Below, piece after piece: positions 15,353 through 23,792 of a stretch of 61,916 nt of DNA. The notes under the pieces were generated by a model. The model ran no database searches. It had not been told where the DNA came from and saw only the letters and a list, made by a program, of their open reading frames with translations. The position numbers and the translations under genes were made by a program. The DNA is taken from IMG/VR virus record IMGVR_UViG_3300032242_001185, positions 1-61,916 of that record. One strand, written 5' to 3'. Within the stretch, counting starts at the first letter, position 1. Each line of letters starts with the position of its first letter. The DNA is from a virus (lineage: Duplodnaviria > Caudoviricetes).

Positions 15353-16671
15353 CGAACACCTCGCATAGAGTTGCGATAGTTTTCAAAATGAGTTTCAACA
15401 GACTGGTTATTTGCTGCTGGTGCTGCTTGGGTTTGTCCACCAAGTAGTGCAGACAATGATGGGGCATTTGATACTGCTGCACCTGTGGCAGCCTTACGAC
15501 CAGCATACTGTTGAACATACTTTGCATGCTGTGTTGCGTTAGCAAAGTTTTCCATAGCAATGTCACGCATACCCAAACTGTGTGCTTGGGCTGATGCGGT
15601 CAAATACTGCAACGCTTTGTTAGCGTGGTGCTCTGCAGGAGTCGCAATGGAGACGCTAGTGCGTGGCTCATGGAACGACAACTGACCTGACGCTGCAGTG
15701 ATACCTGCACGAGCCATCTCATTGTTTCCGCCCTTAGAATCTGCAACTAGTTTGTTGATGTGAGTTTCAAGGGCACGGTGGTGTTCAAACGAATCAGGGA
15801 ACCCAAAATAACGGGCTGCTGCTGGTGCTTCAAATCTTTCAGGTTCAATGCTTGGACGTGGGTCTTCGCTACCAATTGCGTGACGGCGACCTTTATCTGC
15901 TAGTGTTCCAGGAATTTCGGTTGTCTTGTTTGGGTCATACTTTTCTTCAGGTGCAGCAAATTCAATTCTGCGACCTGATGGAATGACTCCTTGTTCAAGT
16001 AAAGACTTTTTTTGTTTTGCTTCAGGGGTATAAATAGAACCTTGCGCCAGTTCATTCTCGCCTGTCCAAACTTGTTGGCGAACTCGCATACTAGTTTGAT
16101 TTTCTAAGTTATTTTCTAGATGAGCCACACTTTTTTTGTTTTCAGGATTAGCGTCTCGAGCAGCACGTTCAGCCTTAGCCTGTGCGATACCTTCTGCTGT
16201 TGCTTTCTTACCTTCAGGGCTTCTTTGCCAACCAAGTTTTTCGGCATCAGAAAGTTCATTCCATTTACCTGCGTGATGGTTTACTACAGCGTTCCATTGC
16301 GGGTGGTCTGGTGTTCCGCCCATTTCACGGGCTTTTGCTTCACCATAAATGCGTGCGTGACGTTCTGGACCTAATGGCAATTTTGGGCGAAGGTGATTGT
16401 CAGGTTGTGTAAAATTTTGATGAATTGGTGTGTCTGCAGCAATTTTGCTCATCAAATCATCTTCAGCGCCTGTGGCACCAATTGGGGTTACGTTTGGTTC
16501 TGATTTTTGGCGGTGAGTATCTTCTTCATAATCAAGACCTGCTTTAGCGTTCCATTCTTTAATTTCAGATGGAGAAGGCTTGCGAGATTTGGTTGCACCA
16601 AAACCTAGTGACGGTGCTGGAAGGTCTTCATCTCTTAGAGTAAGTTTAATTGCTTCTGGTTTCTTAGCCAT
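15349..16671 (-). CDS. Large low-complexity hypothetical protein with C-terminal HDAG-like helical domain
   Basis: 440-aa ORF; hydrophilic, Ala/Glu/Lys/Pro-rich and Cys-free. Confidence 0.75.
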   Translation of the reverse strand: MAKKPEAIKLTLRDEDLPAPSLGFGATKSRKPSPSEIKEWNAKAGLDYEEDTHRQKSEPNVTPIGATGAEDDLMSKIAADTPIHQNFTQPDNHLRPKLPLGPERHARIYGEAKAREMGGTPDHPQWNAVVNHHAGKWNELSDAEKLGWQRSPEGKKATAEGIAQAKAERAARDANPENKKSVAHLENNLENQTSMRVRQQVWTGENELAQGSIYTPEAKQKKSLLEQGVIPSGRRIEFAAPEEKYDPNKTTEIPGTLADKGRRHAIGSEDPRPSIEPERFEAPAAARYFGFPDSFEHHRALETHINKLVADSKGGNNEMARAGITAASGQLSFHEPRTSVSIATPAEHHANKALQYLTASAQAHSLGMRDIAMENFANATQHAKYVQQYAGRKAATGAAVSNAPSLSALLGGQTQAAPAANNQSVETHFENYRNSMRGVR

Positions 16672-17474
16672 TAGTTTCCTGCCAATCTTGCCGCTCTAGC
16701 AGCAGCACGCTTTGCTTTTTGTCGTGCAGCATTTTTAGCGCTTTTTTCTTTTGCTTGAGCATCAGACCTGTTTTGTTCATACCCGTGAGTTTTAGGGTAG
16801 TTACCTTCAGGTGTTGCCTTCATTTGTTTAGCCCAGTTTTTATCAGCAAGTTTCTGGTCTTCAGCATTGGCTTCTGTTGGGCGAGGGTAATCATAAACGT
16901 GAAGTTTGTAAGGTTGGTCAACAACAACGGACGTACCAGTTTGACCAGAAGTTTGCTTGTTTTTAGCATTAGTGTCAAAAGTTGCTGGTGTGTATTGTTT
17001 CAAATAGTTGTCTGCATGGTTTTGTGCTTGTGCCAACAAGTTTGTTACTCCAGCATCTGGGTGGTGGATACTGCCAAGCATGTGCTTGATAGCGCCAACG
17101 TAGGCTCGAGAACCAGTTCCGTAAGTCAAGGCTCCCTGAGGGGTGCGTTCACCTTCCAGTACATCTCCTACATCGTGAGATTCGTGCAGTTTAATAGTGT
17201 GTTTAAGTACGGCAGGAATTGATTCATCTTTTTTACCTGCTTTAAGTTCTTCTGGTTTTGGTGCAGTAAATAATGGGTGCTTTTTAAGTTCTGGATGCTG
17301 ACTTAGCATGCTCACTGTGTAATGCAAATCTTTTAAATGATTGAACGCTTGGTTGTTGTTCCAAGTGTTGTAGGTAGACTCAGCGTTCACCTGGTCCCTG
17401 TATGTACGGGCTTCTTCAGGTGAAACGTTTCGAGCATTTATTGGGGCACGGTTAGTACCAGCGGTTATCGCCAT
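16671..17474 (-). CDS. Hypothetical protein with basic C-terminus
   Basis: 267-aa ORF; translationally coupled. Confidence 0.75.
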   Translation of the reverse strand: MAITAGTNRAPINARNVSPEEARTYRDQVNAESTYNTWNNNQAFNHLKDLHYTVSMLSQHPELKKHPLFTAPKPEELKAGKKDESIPAVLKHTIKLHESHDVGDVLEGERTPQGALTYGTGSRAYVGAIKHMLGSIHHPDAGVTNLLAQAQNHADNYLKQYTPATFDTNAKNKQTSGQTGTSVVVDQPYKLHVYDYPRPTEANAEDQKLADKNWAKQMKATPEGNYPKTHGYEQNRSDAQAKEKSAKNAARQKAKRAAARAARLAGN

Positions 17475-17839
17475 TAGACGGCTCCTAAGTCATTTCTACT
17501 GCTACCAGAATACCCTGCTGGGCTTCCGCTGTACCACGAAACTCGTGGCTCTGTGTACACACGGTCCAATGACACGACATCGTTAATGTCTGGTTGAAAT
17601 CTTTCACCAAAACCAAAACGGTCAGGAAACAACCTAATTTGTGGCAAAGTTGGGCGAACATTTTGTTGAAGGTCTGTGCCAGACATGGTGGCTGCCATCA
17701 ACGCTTGCTGTGTTAGCCGCTCCATGTTGGATGCCCAAGGACCGTTGTAACCCCATTTAGGGATTCCTGCGCCATCTGAAGGGTTGTTAGTTACCCAAGG
17801 TTTGGTGTAGTCGTAACGACCATCAAAAGTTTGCGGCAT
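17474..17839 (-). CDS. Hypothetical protein (possible virion protein)
   Basis: 121-aa ORF. Confidence 0.7.
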   Translation of the reverse strand: MPQTFDGRYDYTKPWVTNNPSDGAGIPKWGYNGPWASNMERLTQQALMAATMSGTDLQQNVRPTLPQIRLFPDRFGFGERFQPDINDVVSLDRVYTEPRVSWYSGSPAGYSGSSRNDLGAV

Positions 17840-17840
17840 A

Positions 17841-18368
17841 CTATCTCCATACTGGTTTTAGGTATGCCAACTGTTGTGCACGAATCATGTTCATTGCGTT
17901 AGGTGCGTCAGAAACAGTGTTGGCTTTGCCATCGTTAACAAGGTGTGGGGCTGGAGTTAGTTGGTATTGCGGACCTGTGCGTGGAACACGCCAAACACCC
18001 GCAACAGCATCATACTTGGCTTTAGCCATACGGTTGATACCCATTTGGTCGTTGAACTCTGGTGACCAAAAGTACATGGATGGTTCAATGCGTTCACCCT
18101 TGTGAACACCTCGCTGGTATGCTTTCTGACCAATGCGGCTTTTAACTGAGTCAAGGATACGGTCATCACGGCGTGAACGAATCGTTCCAAGGTAACCGTC
18201 AGGGTACTCGGCGTTAGGTACACGACCTGTACCGATACGAATAGAGTCAAGTTCGCTGCGGGCAACAGGTACGCCTTGACCGCCTTGGTTGTTGTACCCG
18301 TTAAATCCGTTACCGCCAAGTGATTGCCAGTTTTGGTTAGGGCTAAAGTTGTTTACTGGACCTGCCAT
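17841..18368 (-). CDS. Hypothetical protein (possible virion protein; EYPDGYLGTI...YQRGVHKGER)
   Basis: 175-aa ORF. Confidence 0.75.
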   Translation of the reverse strand: MAGPVNNFSPNQNWQSLGGNGFNGYNNQGGQGVPVARSELDSIRIGTGRVPNAEYPDGYLGTIRSRRDDRILDSVKSRIGQKAYQRGVHKGERIEPSMYFWSPEFNDQMGINRMAKAKYDAVAGVWRVPRTGPQYQLTPAPHLVNDGKANTVSDAPNAMNMIRAQQLAYLKPVWR

Positions 18369-19099
18369 TATTTACCTTCAAACTTTTCGCTTGTAGGGTC
18401 TTTGGCTTCGGAATAGTTAGGGTTTGGAAGATAGCCGTTTTTCTTTTTAGGGTCTTTGGCTTGGTCAATCATTGACCATGCACCTTGTTCGGCTGGTCGG
18501 TTTTTCATTTCAGCAATTGCTTTTTCATTAGAGCCAAAACCACCTGAAGCGTCAACGTAAATACCTTTAAGGTCTGTACGTTTCCATGCACGCTCAGTAC
18601 GGGGTGCAACCCAAAGACCCAAGTTGGCGTTTGGGCGACCATTTGTGGCTTCTCGGATTCTTTGAGCGTGTTGGAGAATGGATAGTGGAGAAATTTTTGG
18701 TTCTTCTGCACCAGCATCTTCAAAACGGGTTTCAATCTTGTTGCCTTTGGAGTCTTCTTCTCCACCAACAAAAACTAATGGGTCACCGATTTTGGCTACT
18801 TTAAAAGTGTTGACGTTCATGGTTCCACCAGCGTGCGGACGACCACGACTAGCCTCATTGGCTAATTCGTTGACCCCAGCCCAACCTTCGTTGGTGTTGG
18901 GTACGGAAACAGAACTGACGCCTTTACCTAAAATTAGGTTAAGGTCTTTTTCGCTGTTTGCGGAATACGGTGATGTCATGTTTCTATTATGATTCTTTTC
19001 TGGTAACTTATCTGTATGAATCTTTCTAAAGAACCTGTTCTCATTCAAGGCATTATTGGTGACCCGATTACTTGGGTTGCTTATTGCAAAATTTGCCAC
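18368..19099 (-). CDS. Hypothetical protein
   Basis: 243-aa ORF, GTG start. Confidence 0.7.
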   Translation of the reverse strand: MANFAISNPSNRVTNNALNENRFFRKIHTDKLPEKNHNRNMTSPYSANSEKDLNLILGKGVSSVSVPNTNEGWAGVNELANEASRGRPHAGGTMNVNTFKVAKIGDPLVFVGGEEDSKGNKIETRFEDAGAEEPKISPLSILQHAQRIREATNGRPNANLGLWVAPRTERAWKRTDLKGIYVDASGGFGSNEKAIAEMKNRPAEQGAWSMIDQAKDPKKKNGYLPNPNYSEAKDPTSEKFEGK

Positions 19100-19179
19100 A
19101 AAAACGTTAGTGACCCTGTTGTTGAAGAAAACTCTTTAGCGGAATTAATTTTGCAACATAGCGAAACTCACGCTGAATA

Positions 19180-19217
19180 GAAAAACCCCCTATTTTAACT
19201 AGTAGGGGGTTTTCTTT
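19180..19217. terminator. Rho-independent terminator (likely bidirectional)
   Basis: AAAACCCCCTA...TAGGGGGTTTT inverted repeat just after the stop codon at 19217. Confidence 0.8.
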
Positions 19218-19501
19218 TAAGTATTCTGGTTAAAACCAGTTGGACCTGTTGCTCCAGCATCCCAGTTAACAAGTGCTGAACGGTTGACCGCACCCGCACC
19301 TGCTAGACGTCCGCCAAGAAGGTTCTTGGTTGTAAATCCAGTACCGCTTTCATGTTGGAACTGACCAGCACCTTCTTGAGATGTGCGGAAACCTTTTTGG
19401 TATGAAGTACCGCCAATAGGACCACTGTATTCGTCAGTCTGAATACCCGCTTCGGCATGTAGCCTGTGCGGGTCTTGTGCCATTGAGCGGGCAAGGGACA
19501 T
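19217..19501 (-). CDS. Gly-rich hypothetical protein
   Basis: 94-aa ORF; translationally coupled. Confidence 0.7.
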   Translation of the reverse strand: MSLARSMAQDPHRLHAEAGIQTDEYSGPIGGTSYQKGFRTSQEGAGQFQHESGTGFTTKNLLGGRLAGAGAVNRSALVNWDAGATGPTGFNQNT

Positions 19502-19911
19502 TAGAGTGTCGATGCCTCAATGCCGCCCTGGAAGTTAGGGTTGGCACGACCAGCAACCGAAGGGATAATGCGAGCATTAGCCATGGTTGGTCCAGCCGAT
19601 GGGTCAATTGTTGGAGTGAAAGGCACAGTAATGCGGTACTGAGCACCAATACGCTCAATGTTCTGGCGATTAGCCTTGCCACCTGCAGTTGGGTCAGCAG
19701 CCTGAGTGCTCTTCTTAGGCATTAGTGTGCCCTGAAGTGCTGGTGCTGCGCTGATAGGTAGGCGTGGGCTACCCACCTGTGCTGCTGCATCGTAGGCTTC
19801 GTGGTGGGTGATGTGGCTGCGTGATTTCATGTTTCCTGCTGCTTCCAATGAACTTGCTGGGGTACCGTTGCGACGACGCATTGCGTGTCCTACGCTGAAT
19901 GGAGTTGCCAT
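19501..19911 (-). CDS. Ala/Pro-rich hypothetical protein
   Basis: 136-aa ORF; SD AAAGGAG. Confidence 0.75.
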   Translation of the reverse strand: MATPFSVGHAMRRRNGTPASSLEAAGNMKSRSHITHHEAYDAAAQVGSPRLPISAAPALQGTLMPKKSTQAADPTAGGKANRQNIERIGAQYRITVPFTPTIDPSAGPTMANARIIPSVAGRANPNFQGGIEASTL

Positions 19912-19934
19912 GATGGCTCCTTTATCTCTCTATA

Positions 19935-19940
19935 AGAGTA
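19935..19940 (-). promoter_or_regulatory. Putative -10 element TACTCT
   Basis: TANNNT hexamer in the intergenic gap upstream of the SD. Confidence 0.35.
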
Positions 19941-19948
19941 AGTCTTTT

Positions 19949-20242
19949 TTAACTTGCTGTAACTGTAAACACAATGGCGCTGATTTCACCATCACGAGAT
20001 TCGATGGTGGTAAAACCAACTTTGAATGTTAGGTCCATGCCTCGTGGGGCTACATAGCCTCGGGAGATGGCAAGGGCTTTAACGGCTTGGTTTACTGCAC
20101 CTGCACCAACGGCACGCAGTTTAACTGTGCGGTTGTCGTAGATTGCGTGTGCAATGGCTGATGCTAGAGATTGTGGATTTGACCCAGTACTGACCCGTAA
20201 GAACGGCTCTTCTGCTGAGGGTGCGACGATTTCTTCTGACAT
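19949..20242 (-). CDS. spoVS: Stage V sporulation protein S (SpoVS) family, Alba-like fold
   Basis: LRVS...NP...ASAIA...RAVGAGAVNQAVKALAISRGYVAP.G.DL...F...GEISAIVF is the SpoVS consensus. Confidence 0.92.
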   Translation of the reverse strand: MSEEIVAPSAEEPFLRVSTGSNPQSLASAIAHAIYDNRTVKLRAVGAGAVNQAVKALAISRGYVAPRGMDLTFKVGFTTIESRDGEISAIVFTVTAS

Positions 20243-20252
20243 TTGTAGTCCT

Positions 20253-20291
20253 TTGTGGTCGAGTTATGCGCCATCCTCGACTACTAGAATA
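20253..20291 (-). promoter_or_regulatory. Putative -10 element (TATTCT) and 5' leader hairpin upstream of spoVS
   Basis: TATTCT at 20286-20291; GTAGTCGAG...CTCGACCAC stem next to the SD AAAGGA. Confidence 0.45.
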
Positions 20292-20297
20292 CGGGTA

Positions 20298-20885
20298 TTA
20301 GTCTAAAGAATCTCGGTATTTGGAATCTTTTATTTGCTCTACAACGGCGGTTTCAATGTCGCTGATTGTTGACCCTGAGGCTAGTCTTGCGAGTGAGTAC
20401 GCATCTGCGGCGTTATCGTCGTTAAACTCTACGCCCCAACGTTTGTAAATCTGTAGGAGCATTTCTTGTTTCTTAGCGTTTCCTTTACCTGTTGCATACT
20501 TTTTGAGTGTCATTGGGGGAATTTGTAAAGGAAATCGTGAAGGAGTTTTGGACTCACGGAAGTATTCAAACAGTTCTAGTTTTACTGTGGCAGCAAGTTC
20601 GCCTAACACTAGGGCGCTGTTGGAGGCAAGCACTGTGCCCTCCATGGCTACATCTTTAATAATGTTGCCTTGGGCTGTAAGCCATTCAAACTTGTCAAAC
20701 ATAAAGGTTTGAATGTCATCAAGTCTTTGCACACCTTTGTATGGGGATTTGTATACCCAAGTGATGTGAGATGAGGGGAGTTCAATGGAGACCGCCGATA
20801 ATGCAAACCCTGTTAAGGACTGGTCTATGCCAATGGTTACTTCCTGGTTGCCGAATAACCCTCCATTGAACTCCTTAACTGCCAT
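20298..20885 (-). CDS. ruvC: RuvC-like Holliday junction resolvase
   Basis: IGIDQSL, VAMEG, LKKYATGKGNAKK and DDNAADA motifs. Confidence 0.88.
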   Translation of the reverse strand: MAVKEFNGGLFGNQEVTIGIDQSLTGFALSAVSIELPSSHITWVYKSPYKGVQRLDDIQTFMFDKFEWLTAQGNIIKDVAMEGTVLASNSALVLGELAATVKLELFEYFRESKTPSRFPLQIPPMTLKKYATGKGNAKKQEMLLQIYKRWGVEFNDDNAADAYSLARLASGSTISDIETAVVEQIKDSKYRDSLD

Positions 20886-21444
20886 TATGCGCCTGTAGCA
20901 TCTGCATTGTCTTATTCAACTCTTCAAAAAGTTCTTCTTTGGTTGAATCGTTGATAATAATCAAATCAAACGCTGAATCCCTGTAAGAGTCCATTTCAGA
21001 ATCGGATAGGTGGTCATTAATTGGTCCAAGACCTGGACGGGTTACTTTCCATAAACGACCACCAGCGGACAGAATAGCATCTGCTTCGTTGTGGAATCGT
21101 ACATCTGAAAACACTACGTCTGGCTTGTATAGAAGAATTTCTAAGGCTTTCTTAACCCACACGTCTTTGCCAAACATTTGGCGACCAACTTCTGTGCCCA
21201 TGCGCTGTAGGAGATGGCGAACATCTTCGCTGTGCTCTTTTAGGGCATCCCAACCAAGATTTTTTACGGCTTCGGTCAGGGCAACACCTTTCATTTCTCC
21301 CACATTAATGCGAGGGTCAAGGCGTATCAAGGCTTCACGCATTGGGTCAGCGAAGGCTTGACGAGTAAAGTTGTGGTGTTCTACCAAATACTCTGCAACA
21401 GTGTCTTTACCTGAACGGGCGTATCCTACGAGTCCGATAATCAT
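20875..21444 (-). CDS. Deoxynucleoside monophosphate kinase
   Basis: IIGLVGYARSGKDT P-loop; FAD, LQRMGTE and SDVRF-x-NE motifs. Confidence 0.88.
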   Translation of the reverse strand: MIIGLVGYARSGKDTVAEYLVEHHNFTRQAFADPMREALIRLDPRINVGEMKGVALTEAVKNLGWDALKEHSEDVRHLLQRMGTEVGRQMFGKDVWVKKALEILLYKPDVVFSDVRFHNEADAILSAGGRLWKVTRPGLGPINDHLSDSEMDSYRDSAFDLIIINDSTKEELFEELNKTMQMLQAHNGS

Positions 21445-21579
21445 TTACAGTCCTTCGTCATCTGAGTAAAACTCGTAGTCTAAGTATTCGTTCATGCGAC
21501 TTACTGTGTACGAGGTTGCCCAAGATAGCCCAATAACAGTTAAAACACATGCGGCAAAAATAATAATAAACCAAACCAT
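21445..21579 (-). CDS. Small membrane protein (44 aa, MVWFIIIFAAC...)
   Basis: Translated by hand; hydrophobic N-terminus, acidic tail, TAATG overlap. Confidence 0.55.
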   Translation of the reverse strand: MVWFIIIFAACVLTVIGLSWATSYTVSRMNEYLDYEFYSDDEGL

Positions 21580-22040
21580 TAGATGCCGTACTCCTTGCGT
21601 GTTGCTCGAGAATCATTGGAGCGCCTAGTAATCTCACGACTAACTAACGCTAGGTCACGTTCATGGTTGTTAAGTAGCATTTCAACAAGTTTGCGGTAAG
21701 CGTACTTCTCTTCGTAATCGTTTTCTAACTCAACTAGTTCTGGGTTGATTGAGATTTCTGCTTTAACAGCAGTAATGCGTTCACCTTTTACTTGAGCACC
21801 CATACGCTTGATGAGCATGGTGTTTTCAGTAAAGTCTTTCTTTTTAAGTGAAGCACGCTCTTCGAGTTCTGCTAACACTTTTTGTGACGCAATGTAATCT
21901 GTCCAAGCAGTCAGCCTAGTGAATAGTTCACCTAATGCATCAGAAGATAAATCTGTGATGTCTGCAGGTAGTTCTACTTGACCATTGGCGGGTTTCTTAA
22001 AGTTCAAACCCCACCCTGAAAACTTTTCTAAGGCGCTCAT
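21579..22040 (-). CDS. Coiled-coil hypothetical protein (possible recombination mediator)
   Basis: Start at MSALEKF (22040); all-helical; lies within the recombination cluster. Confidence 0.65.
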   Translation of the reverse strand: MSALEKFSGWGLNFKKPANGQVELPADITDLSSDALGELFTRLTAWTDYIASQKVLAELEERASLKKKDFTENTMLIKRMGAQVKGERITAVKAEISINPELVELENDYEEKYAYRKLVEMLLNNHERDLALVSREITRRSNDSRATRKEYGI

Positions 22041-22903
22041 TACTCCGCATCCTTGTAGGGCTCGCACTGTGGGCAACCTCCACCAAGGTTGTTGTTGCAT
22101 TTTGGTGGAATGTTTGCTTCTACTGCTTTGACAACTTTTTCAGCCTTTTCAAAAATGTGGCGAACCAGTTCAAAGTCTGCTTTGACAGCAAATTCTTTAA
22201 ATGATTGGTCAGCCTTCAATTCGTAAAGGAAAACAATCTCATTCACTTCGTTACCCATACGCTTCATGAGTTCTAGATACATTTGACCTTGTAGAACGTG
22301 GTCTGAGAATGGGCGAGTGATTCGACCCCACGCTTTCATAAGGTCACCTTCAGCCTCAGCCATAATTGCTGGGCTACCATAACGAATGGTTCCTGGACCA
22401 ATAGATTTAATTTCAATAAGAGTGTCTGCACCAATGCCTTTAACCCAACCGTCTGTGTGACCAGCGATGCGTAGTTCCTCATCGATTAGAGTTACTTCAG
22501 CGTATTCAAGACGGTCTCCACGACCACAGTGTTCACAAGTTTCAGGCGAAGTTCCCCAAGTAACCTTGTTACAAACAAGGCACTTAAACTTGCCGTGTAG
22601 CACTCCCATGTCTTGAAACCATGACTGCCATTTAGCGTGAACTTGGTGACCTGTGTCAAAGATGCTTTGCAGTTTTAAACCTGGGTTTGCGGAAATCTTT
22701 GGGTAACCCTTAAGTAGAAAGTACGAACCACGAAGACAGAAGTCCTTCTTAATAATCTCTGAAGGGTGCAACACGGTCGTACTACGGTCTCCCTTGGGAC
22801 GCTTCTGTAAATACCGTTCCACGTCTCCTAGAAGGCGGCTACGGGTCTTTTTGGCGTCTAGAAAACGCTTTAGTTCTGCATCACTTACTGTTGCCATTTT
22901 CAT
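22040..22903 (-). CDS. Cas4-like PD-(D/E)XK exonuclease
   Basis: HPS...C.R, G...H, GHTDG, IEIKS, Q...Y and a C-terminal Cys cluster; internal zinc ribbon. Confidence 0.8.
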   Translation of the reverse strand: MKMATVSDAELKRFLDAKKTRSRLLGDVERYLQKRPKGDRSTTVLHPSEIIKKDFCLRGSYFLLKGYPKISANPGLKLQSIFDTGHQVHAKWQSWFQDMGVLHGKFKCLVCNKVTWGTSPETCEHCGRGDRLEYAEVTLIDEELRIAGHTDGWVKGIGADTLIEIKSIGPGTIRYGSPAIMAEAEGDLMKAWGRITRPFSDHVLQGQMYLELMKRMGNEVNEIVFLYELKADQSFKEFAVKADFELVRHIFEKAEKVVKAVEANIPPKCNNNLGGGCPQCEPYKDAE

Positions 22904-23234
22904 TTTCCTTCTGTTGAAACACGAATTCCTTAAGAGTCATTTCGTGTTTGTAGTTTCTTTGCCACTTGCGTACCAAAGCATTTCTTTCTCTGTGAGACAT
23001 GCCGCCCCAGATACCGTGTTGTTCATCAGTGTTGATGGCTTGCCACAAGCATCTTTGTCTAACAGGGCATGCTGGCTTACCTTTACCACCATAGCAGTAA
23101 GTCTTAGCCTCATCCGATAACTGTCGGTATAAGTCTTTATCTCGGGGGGGATAGAAAGGGTCAACAGGAGATGTTGAAGCGTTTCGGCATGCTGCTTCAT
23201 CTAGCCAAGAACGGTCACGGTCATCAGGAAGCAT
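22881..23234 (-). CDS. whiB: WhiB-family transcription factor (second copy)
   Basis: W...AAC, C...CPVR..C and GIWGG.S..ER. Confidence 0.88.
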   Translation of the reverse strand: MLPDDRDRSWLDEAACRNASTSPVDPFYPPRDKDLYRQLSDEAKTYCYGGKGKPACPVRQRCLWQAINTDEQHGIWGGMSHRERNALVRKWQRNYKHEMTLKEFVFQQKENENGNSK

Positions 23235-23541
23235 TAGTTTTGTTCCAAACTTCTAAGAAATCAGTTTCTAAAAGAATGACGTAGTCTTCTCCGTCTAAAT
23301 GGATTCCAAATACTGGTAAACGGTTTTCCATTATGGCTTCAAGTACAATTTTTTTTAGTTCCGCAGATTGGATTGTTTTAGATTTCTTCCCAGTCCACTT
23401 GTGTTCAATCAACAGTTTGTCGCTTCGCACATCGCCTTTACCAGACCAGAACGCCCCAGAAGCAGGAGTGGTACGTCCGCCAATGGCTTTGGCAATACGC
23501 TTCTCATGCTTTTGAGACTGTTTCTGCCCCTCAGATTTCAT
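23224..23541 (-). CDS. Hjc-like PD-(D/E)XK endonuclease / Holliday junction resolvase
   Basis: HE..IA...SGA...KGDV...IEHK. Confidence 0.7.
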   Translation of the reverse strand: MKSEGQKQSQKHEKRIAKAIGGRTTPASGAFWSGKGDVRSDKLLIEHKWTGKKSKTIQSAELKKIVLEAIMENRLPVFGIHLDGEDYVILLETDFLEVWNKTNAS

Positions 23542-23792
23542 TACTTCTCGTCAGTCGGTAAAGTAATCTTGCCGTCTTTGTATGCCTTGATAATTTTTGG
23601 CACAAGGAAGAACAACTGTTCACGAATAACACAAGTGCCACAACCACAGAATGGTTCGCCTGAAAGCGTGATGAAATCTTCTGGCTCTTCGCCATCAACT
23701 GCAGACTCGCAGTTCCACATGTACTCTTCGTACTTTTCCTGCAAATCTTGAGCCCAAGATTCGTCTTCTAGATAAAACTCTGGGTTACTCAT
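23541..23792 (-). CDS. Hypothetical protein (CGCGTC)
   Basis: 83-aa ORF; translationally coupled. Confidence 0.7.
   Translation of the reverse strand: MSNPEFYLEDESWAQDLQEKYEEYMWNCESAVDGEEPEDFITLSGEPFCGCGTCVIREQLFFLVPKIIKAYKDGKITLPTDEK

Noticed and set aside
22040-22903. Cas4-like gene as evidence of a CRISPR system
   Set aside because: No repeat-spacer array or other cas genes seen; standalone Cas4-like exonucleases are common in phage recombination modules.
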